DNA of 64,000 nt from Macrostomum lignano (Eukaryota), in NCBI GenBank assembly GCA_002269645.1, contig NIVC01001489.1, positions 124,001 through 188,000 on the forward strand, given 5' to 3'. The position numbers and the translations under genes were made by a program. Shown here piece after piece: positions 57,481 to 64,000 of this stretch (its first letter is position 1; every line of letters starts with the position of its first letter). The notes below the pieces were generated by a model that was given only the letters and a program-made list of their open reading frames with translations, had not been told where the DNA came from and searched no databases.

Positions 57481-60400
57481 GTGTCAAGATATTTTTTACA
57501 GAATTAGTGAGAACATCTGCTCAGCATTTGCATCCTCATCACTTCAGGCCTTCTGCTACAAGGGACGCTGCAGATCGCCAGACACCCAGTGCCGAAGGCT
57601 TTTTGATTCTTCAGCCAAGAGCGCCGACAAGAAGTGCTTTGAAATCCTGAACAAAAACAGCAGCGCCTACGGCCACTGCCATTCACGACTGGCTGTGCTC
57701 TTCATCTCGGCCAGGTTCAGACTGTCGGGAATTTTCTCCTACGTGCCGTGCGCTCCAAAGTGAGTGAATGGAGCTGTTTGACTAATGGCTATTGCAAGTA
57801 GGAAAGGCACAGGTATTTAAATATTCACAAATTTTACAGGGACGTTGAGTGCGGCCTGCAGCAGTGCGAGCTGGTTGCTAAGCCTCGGTTTGGGAACAAT
57901 AAGACGGTCGGAAATACCACCTGCTACTCGTTCCCCCACATCGATTTGTCTTCATCCGGAATGCGCAGCCCCTCTCTGGTGCCGGACGGAGCCAAGTGCG
58001 GAGTTGACTCGGTGAGATGGGCAGGCCAGCTATGGCTGGAGTTGGGTAGCAGTTGAGGTGAAGACCTGCCGATTTTGAAAATTGCAGATGTGCGTCAACT
58101 CCACCTGCACACCGCTGAGCACCGTCCGAGCCTGCAAGTCGTGCCCTGACTGCAAAGCCAACGGGGTGCTCACTTCTGGCAAAGTCTGCTTTTGCAAAGC
58201 CGGGTTCGAGCCGCCAAACTGCTCCAAGGTGGGCTGCGGCGGCTCCGTGACGTCACCGCTGACGTGTCCCGGTGAGTACCGGGGATCCTCTGGCCTTCTA
58301 CCGGTGATCCTCTAGTCCTCTACCGGGGATCCTCTACTCTTGTACCGGGGATCCTCTAGTCTTGTACCGGGGATCCTCTAGTCCTCTACCGGTGATTCTC
58401 TAGTCCTCTACCGGTGATCCTCTGGTCTTCTACTGGTGATCTCTAGTCTTCTACTGGTGATCTCTAGTCTTCTACTGGTGATCCTCTAGTCTTCTAGTGG
58501 TGATCCTCCAGTCTTTTACCGGGGATCCTCTACTCTTGTACCGGGGATCCTCTAGTCTTGTACCGGGGATCCTCTAGTCTTGTACTGGGGATCCTCTAGT
58601 CTTGTACCGGTGTTCCTAAAGGCACTAACCCCAGCAGCTTTTGTACTGTAAGAGGTCTTGTTAGACAGCACGGAGGCTACTGCATGCAGTATTAAATATT
58701 GTTGAACTGAATCTTTATTGTTATAACTTTCAGTGAAAAATAGTACGACAACAACGTATGAACCCACGAGCAAGTCGACGAGCGAGCCGACGTCTCCAGA
58801 GTCTGTCAGCTCTACAAGCGCACCGGAAGCTGCTGAAACTACAGCTACAAGTGATTCAACACACTACACAAGTGAGAAGACATCTCCAGAGTCTGTTAGC
58901 TCTACAAGCGCACCGGAAGCTGCTGAAACTACGAGTACAGTTACAAGTGACTCAAACCGCTACACAAGCGAGCCGACATCTCCAGAGTCTGTCAGCTCTA
59001 CAAGCGATCCTCTACCGCTACACACAACCCGCTACACAAGGGAGCCGACGTCTCTAGAGTCTGTTGGCTCTACAAGCGCACCGGTAGCTCCTGAAACTAC
59101 GAGTACAGTTACAAGTGACTCAACCCGCTACACAAGGGAGCCGACGTCTCTAGAGTCTGTCGGCTCTTCAAGCGCACCGAAAGCTCATGAAACCACAACT
59201 ACAAGTGAGCCAACCCGCTACACAAGCGAGCCGACATCTCCAGAGTCTGTTAGCTCTACAAGCGCAGCGAAAGCTCCTAAAACTACAACTATAAGTGAGT
59301 CAACCCGCTACACAAGCGAGCCGACATCTCCAGAGTCTGTTAGCTCTACAAGCGCAGCGAAAGCTCCTAAAACTACAACTATAAGTGAGTCAACCCGCTA
59401 CACAAGCGAGCCGAGGTCTTCAGAGTCTGTCAGCTCTACAAGCGCAGCGAAAGCTCCTGAAACTACAACTACAAGTGAGCCAACCCGCTACACAAGCGAG
59501 CCGACATCTCCAGAGTCTGTCAGCTTTACAAGCGCACCGAAAGCTCATGAAACCACAACTACAAGTGAGCCAACCCGCTACACAAGCGAGCCGACATCTC
59601 CAGAGTCTGTTAGCTCTACAAGCGCAGCGAAAGCTCCTGAAACTACAACTACAAGTGAGCCAACCCGCTACACAAGCGAGCCGACATCTCCAGAGTCTGT
59701 CAGCTCTACAAGCGCAGCGAAAGCTCCTAAAACTACAACTACAAGTGAGTCAACCCGCTACACAAGCGAGCCGACGTCTCCAGAGTCTGTCAGCTCTACA
59801 CGCGCGCCGGAAGCTGCTGAAACTACAACTACAAGTGAGTCAACTCACTACACAAGGGAGCCGACGTCTCTAGAGTCTGTTAGCTCTACACGCGCACCGG
59901 AAGCTGCTGAAACTACGAGTACAGTTACAAGTGACTCAAACCGCTACACAAGCAAGCCGTGGTCTTCAGAGTCTGTCAGCTCTACACGCGCAGCGAAAGC
60001 TCCTGAAACTACAACTACAAGTGAGCCAACCCGCTACACAAGCGAGCCGACATCTCCAGAGTCTGTCAGCTCTACAAGCGCAGCGAAAGCTCCTGAAACT
60101 ACAACTACAAGTGAGGCAACCCGCTACACAAGCGAGCCGACATCTCCAGAGTCTGTCAGCTCTACAAGCGCAGCGAAAGCTCCTGAAACTACAACTACAA
60201 GTGAGCCAACCCGCTACACAAGCGAGCCGACATCTCCAGAGTCTGTCAGCTCTACAAGCGCAGCGAAAGCTCCTGAAACTACAACTACAAGTAAGCCAAC
60301 CCGCTACACAAGCGAGCCGACATCTCCAGAGTCTGTCAGCTCTACAAGCGCAGCGAAAGCTCCTGAAACTACAACTACAAGTGAGCCAACCCGCTACACA

Positions 60401-61564
60401 AGCGAGCCGACATCTCCAGAGTCTGTCAGCTCTACACGCGCAGCGAAAGCTCCTGAAACTACAACTACAAGTGAGCCAACCCGCTACACAAGGGAGCCGA
60501 CGTCTTCAGAGTCTGTCAGCTCTTCAAGCGCACCGAAAGCTCATGAAACCACAGCTACAAGTGAGCCAACCCGCTACACAAGCGAGCCGACATCTCCAGA
60601 GTCTGTAAGCTCTACAGGCGCACCGGAAGCTCCTGAAACTACAGCTACAAGTGACTTAACCCTCTACACAAGTGATAACCACTACAAAAGCGAGCCGAGG
60701 TCTTCAGAGTCTGTCAGCTCTACAAGCGCAGCGAAAGCTTATGAAACTACAACTACAAGTGAGCCAACCCGCTACACAAGCGAGCCGACATCTCCAGAGT
60801 CTGTCAGCTCTACAAGCACAGCGAAAGCTCCTAAAACTACAACTACAAGTGAGTCAACCCGCTACACAAGCGAGCCGACGTCTCCAGAGTCTGTCAGCTC
60901 TACACGCGCGCCGGAAGCTGCTGAAACTACAACTACAAGTGAGTCAACTCACTACACAAGGGAGCCGACGTCTCTAGAGTCTGTTAGCTCTACACGCGCA
61001 CCGGAAGCTGCTGAAACTACGAGTACAGTTACAAGTGACTCAAACCGCTACACAAGCAAGCCGAGGTCTTCAGAGTCTGTCAGCTCTACACGCGCAGCGA
61101 AAGCTCCTGAAACTACAACTACAAGTGAGTCAACCCGCTACACAAGCGAGCCGACATCTCCAGAGTCTGTCAGCTTTACAAGCGCAGCGAAAGCTCCTGA
61201 AACTACAACTACAAGTGAGTCAACCCGCTACACATGCGAGCCGACGTCTTCAGAGTCTGTCGGCTCTACAAGCGCACCGAAAGCTCATGAAACTACGAGT
61301 ACAGTTACAAATGACTCAACCCGCTACACAAGGGAGCCGAGGTCTTCAGAGTCTGTCAGCTCTACACAGGCACCGGAAGCTCCTGAAACTACGAGTACAG
61401 CTACAAGTGATTCAACCCACTACACAAGCGAGCCGCCATCTCCAGAGTCTGAGAGCAGTGTGAATCCTGATGAAGAAGTCGCTTTGAAGAGCTCCGAGTG
61501 CTTGCTGGCTTTTGAGTTTGCATGCTTTCTTGGAGTCGTCGTGTCGCTTGGATCCATCATCTAA
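53060..61564 (+). CDS. ADAM-type metalloprotease, copy E: divergent paralogue with a ~900-aa S/T/P/E mucin stalk and a C-terminal hydrophobic (GPI-like) end, ~1630 aa
   Basis: Exons 53060-53066, 53143-53317, 53604-53744 (CLYQG), 53818-54109, 54188-54256, 54325-54488, 54615-54702, 54791-54945 ([11 protein letters not shown] at 54833-54865, CIMN), 55994-56174 (GC donor), 56833-57060, 57548-57759, 57840-58011, 58088-58271, 58734-61564 (...[25 protein letters not shown]). Confidence 0.86.
53398..53463 (-). repeat. 22-bp minisatellite (3 copies) in intron 2 of copy E
   Basis: Reverse complement of the TACCGGTGATCCTCTAGTCCTC unit in intron 13. Confidence 0.8.
54946..55955. repeat. 49-bp minisatellite (~20 copies) filling intron 8 of copy E
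   Basis: Unit GTGAGAGCTGAGCTGGCTACAACCGCACCGCACTCGATCCCACACACTA; the first unit starts at the splice donor. Confidence 0.92.
57207..57483. repeat. (TCTG)n microsatellite in intron 10 of copy E
   Basis: About 65-70 tetramer units, in the same intron position as in copy C. Confidence 0.93.
58277..58611 (+). repeat. 22-bp minisatellite (~15 copies) in intron 13 of copy E
   Basis: TACCGG(G/T)GATCCTCTAGTC(C/T)T(C/G) units. Confidence 0.9.
58734..61450 (+). repeat. Coding 90-bp (30-aa) tandem repeat forming the mucin stalk of copy E
   Basis: Consensus [30 protein letters not shown], roughly 28-30 units including 32-aa variants; no stop in 2.8 kb. Confidence 0.9.
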
Positions 61565-61899
61565 GTATGATTACAAAATACTAAAAACTGAAAACTGTAG
61601 ACATTGAAGAAAGATTGTTTTAATTCAATCTTTTTAAAAAGCTGATATTTTTTATCTGACTTTATTTTTTATTTTTTTAAATTCAAACAAAATAAGACTT
61701 ACTTCATAATCCCAAAAGGTCCTGAACTCAAATGTTTATACTTATTGACTTTCAAAATCACAATTTTTCAAAGCAAGTTAAAGGATACGAAGATTGCGGA
61801 GATGGATATTGGGGATATTTTGCATTTTGGGGATTAGAAAGACAAAGCCGACAAGAAACATTTTCTTTTCCAAGTATTTGTGGATACCGATGGCGAATT

Positions 61900-62400
61900 A
61901 AACAAAAATGTCCCGTGAAGCTCGCAATTGATCTTGCGTGCCAGAACGTGTACAGCGACAACAATACCAATGAACCGCTGTTCGATGCTCGAAAGTTTAA
62001 AAAAACTATTCTAATTGAGCACTAAGGGTATCTTCATGTTTCAAAATAAGTTATATCGTCAAACTGATGGATTTGCAATGGGCAGCTCGCTGGCTCCAAC
62101 GCTAGCTAACTTATGCCTGGCGCACTGGGAGTCTGAGTGGTCAAAGAATAAATCGGCACCACGGATGTACTATCTATATGTCGATGACACGTTCGCCATT
62201 TTTTATTCTCAAACTCATGGTGAGCTTTTGGACATGCTCAACCATTTTAAAATTTTCGATCGCACTGAGCACCATAATAAACTTTCTATATTGGAAGCTT
62301 TGCACATTTAAGACTGCCAACCCTCTTTTAACAGTAGAAAGACCGAGGGGTGTATTTCAAATACACACTTTTCTTTTGTCTGTATCTCCAAAAATATTCA
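61900..62400 (+). mobile_element. Penelope-like element reverse transcriptase fragment
   Basis: GIFMFQNKLYRQTDGFAMGSSLAPTLANL...YLYVDDTFAIF matches the PLE-type RT pattern (QxxGxAMGSxLxPxLAN; YVDD). Truncated. Confidence 0.75.
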
Positions 62401-63823
62401 ACCAATTGTCATGAAAATCCAGAACACGTGCTAAAATGTTCCGCTCTATTCTATGGAGCAACTTTGAGAATCACGAAAAATCGGCATCGTCGAGATATTC
62501 AACGATTCTCCTGATTCTCCTCGGGGTGTCTGGTGGCAAAAAACCACCAACATTGGCAAAATTTTTCTGCTCACAAAAATCTCATCATGAAACTACGTCG
62601 TCTTAAAAAACTATGCATATCAGTCACAGGGACTTTTGCTCTCAGCATCCCAGGCACCAGGGTCCCCTTCATCACCGTCTGGAGCAGCGGCGGCGACCGT
62701 CGGGACCTTCAACAAAAGCACCCGATCGGCATCTCAGAGACGGCTGCGTTCCCAAAACTGAAGTGGAAGAATCCTCTTCTGCATGCAGCATTCAGTCAGT
62801 AGACATAATCGGTGAATGAAATGGACGATGGCGACCCTCCTAGGCTGACCTGTAGACATACAGACGACCTTCGAGACCTTCAACAGAGTGCCACCACGCG
62901 ACCCCGACAAGCTGACACCGCTAACATCGTGATTTTTCTATCAAGGCACCAAAACCAGGCATGTTTGCATATTATACAATGGTCCTGCACCATGTTCAGC
63001 AAGGTGCGGGAGCCAGCTCGTCAGGGCCTCGTGGTGGCACCCCGTTGAAGATCCCGAAGGTCGTCCAGATGGAGCTGTTAAATCGATTAACTCTTCGAAA
63101 CCAAAAAATAACTAAGTAGGCAAAAATCGGATGCTTGTAGCCTTCAATACCTCTGCGTTCTCGCGCAGGCAAACAAATCAAACAAGTTAGCAAGAACACG
63201 CTTACCAAAAATCACGCCCTTTTTAATTATTATTATTTAACGTGGGGTTGGGGTTAGCAGATTGAGGGGGGTTGGCTCATGTACATTAAATAAAGAGAAA
63301 ATACCTGTACAATTAAATAAGTAAAACCACAAAAATATGACAAAAAATGAACCTCCAGAACAGGAGCTGAATGCTGAATTTCGATCCAAATGGCGGACTT
63401 TTACGAAAATCGGTAATTCGGTTTGCGAGCTATCGTGAAATGGGTCGTGTGTATTTGTAATAGACCCCGTGGTCTTTCTACATGTTTAGCGTTCAAATAG
63501 CAGGGAGAGGCAGCATGCAGTGTGCACTTTAGTTCTATTGACTCCGTAATTTTAATGTTGTTCAATTCTAGCTTTTTGGTACACCATGCTATTGATAAAA
63601 TATATTTTGTCTCTCTTACCCCGTTGGTCTCACAAATATTTTATTCTACCTGACGATGCTGTATGTTCAGCGAAACATGTCGTACAAATAAAGTTTTAGT
63701 TTTATTCGCCATCGTTATCCACAAATACTCGGAAAAGAAAGGGTTTCTTGTTGGCTTTGTCTATATAATATTATTAAAGAAATGTAGCCTGCCTCAATTC
63801 TACAATACTTTGCATATTGAGGA

Positions 63824-63920
63824 TATTCATATAGGGGATATGCATATTGGGGACATTGGGGATATGCATATTGGGGGCATGCATATTAGGGATGGGGGTA
63901 TGAAGGTTGGGGGTATGTAG
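63824..63920. repeat. Degenerate 15-bp repeat (ATGCATATTGGGG..)
   Basis: About 5-6 short units. Confidence 0.6.
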
Positions 63921-64000
63921 TTTTGAAGGTTATGCAGCTAAGTGTCAATGAATACGGGGATTTTTTGCAGATGTTGTAGCCCCTTCTTTTTAGTTGCACC

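Overview
Eukaryotic, intron-rich, repeat-rich animal genomic DNA; the species cannot be determined from the sequence. The window is mainly a tandem array of ADAM-type (M12B/reprolysin) metalloprotease-disintegrin genes on the + strand. I rebuilt them by hand from GT/AG boundaries, with near-constant exon sizes between copies. Copy A (5'-truncated by the window edge, 48-4406), copy B (10948-23283), copy C (27508-33452) and copy E (53060-61564) keep open spliced frames; copy D (41879-46144) is a scrambled pseudogene. All carry HExGHNLGFxH and the CIM Met-turn. They differ sharply after the EGF-like exon. A has a TM helix and a Pro-rich PPxY tail. B has a ~550-aa Thr mucin stalk, then an A-type TM and tail. 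C and D have short or medium Thr stalks ending in a GPI-like signal. E has a ~900-aa stalk of an unrelated 30-aa repeat ending in a GPI-like or C-terminal hydrophobic tail. A 4-exon gustatory-receptor-like (GRL, 7tm_7-type) gene (48535-50970) lies between D and E. The remainder is mobile DNA and repeats: a decayed Ty3/Gypsy element, RNase H-bearing LINE pieces, foldback-like elements, a hAT MITE, a CORE-type SINE, a Polinton/Maverick polB remnant, a Penelope-like RT fragment, many minisatellites and two kb-scale palindromes. All calls come from manual reading; no database search was run.
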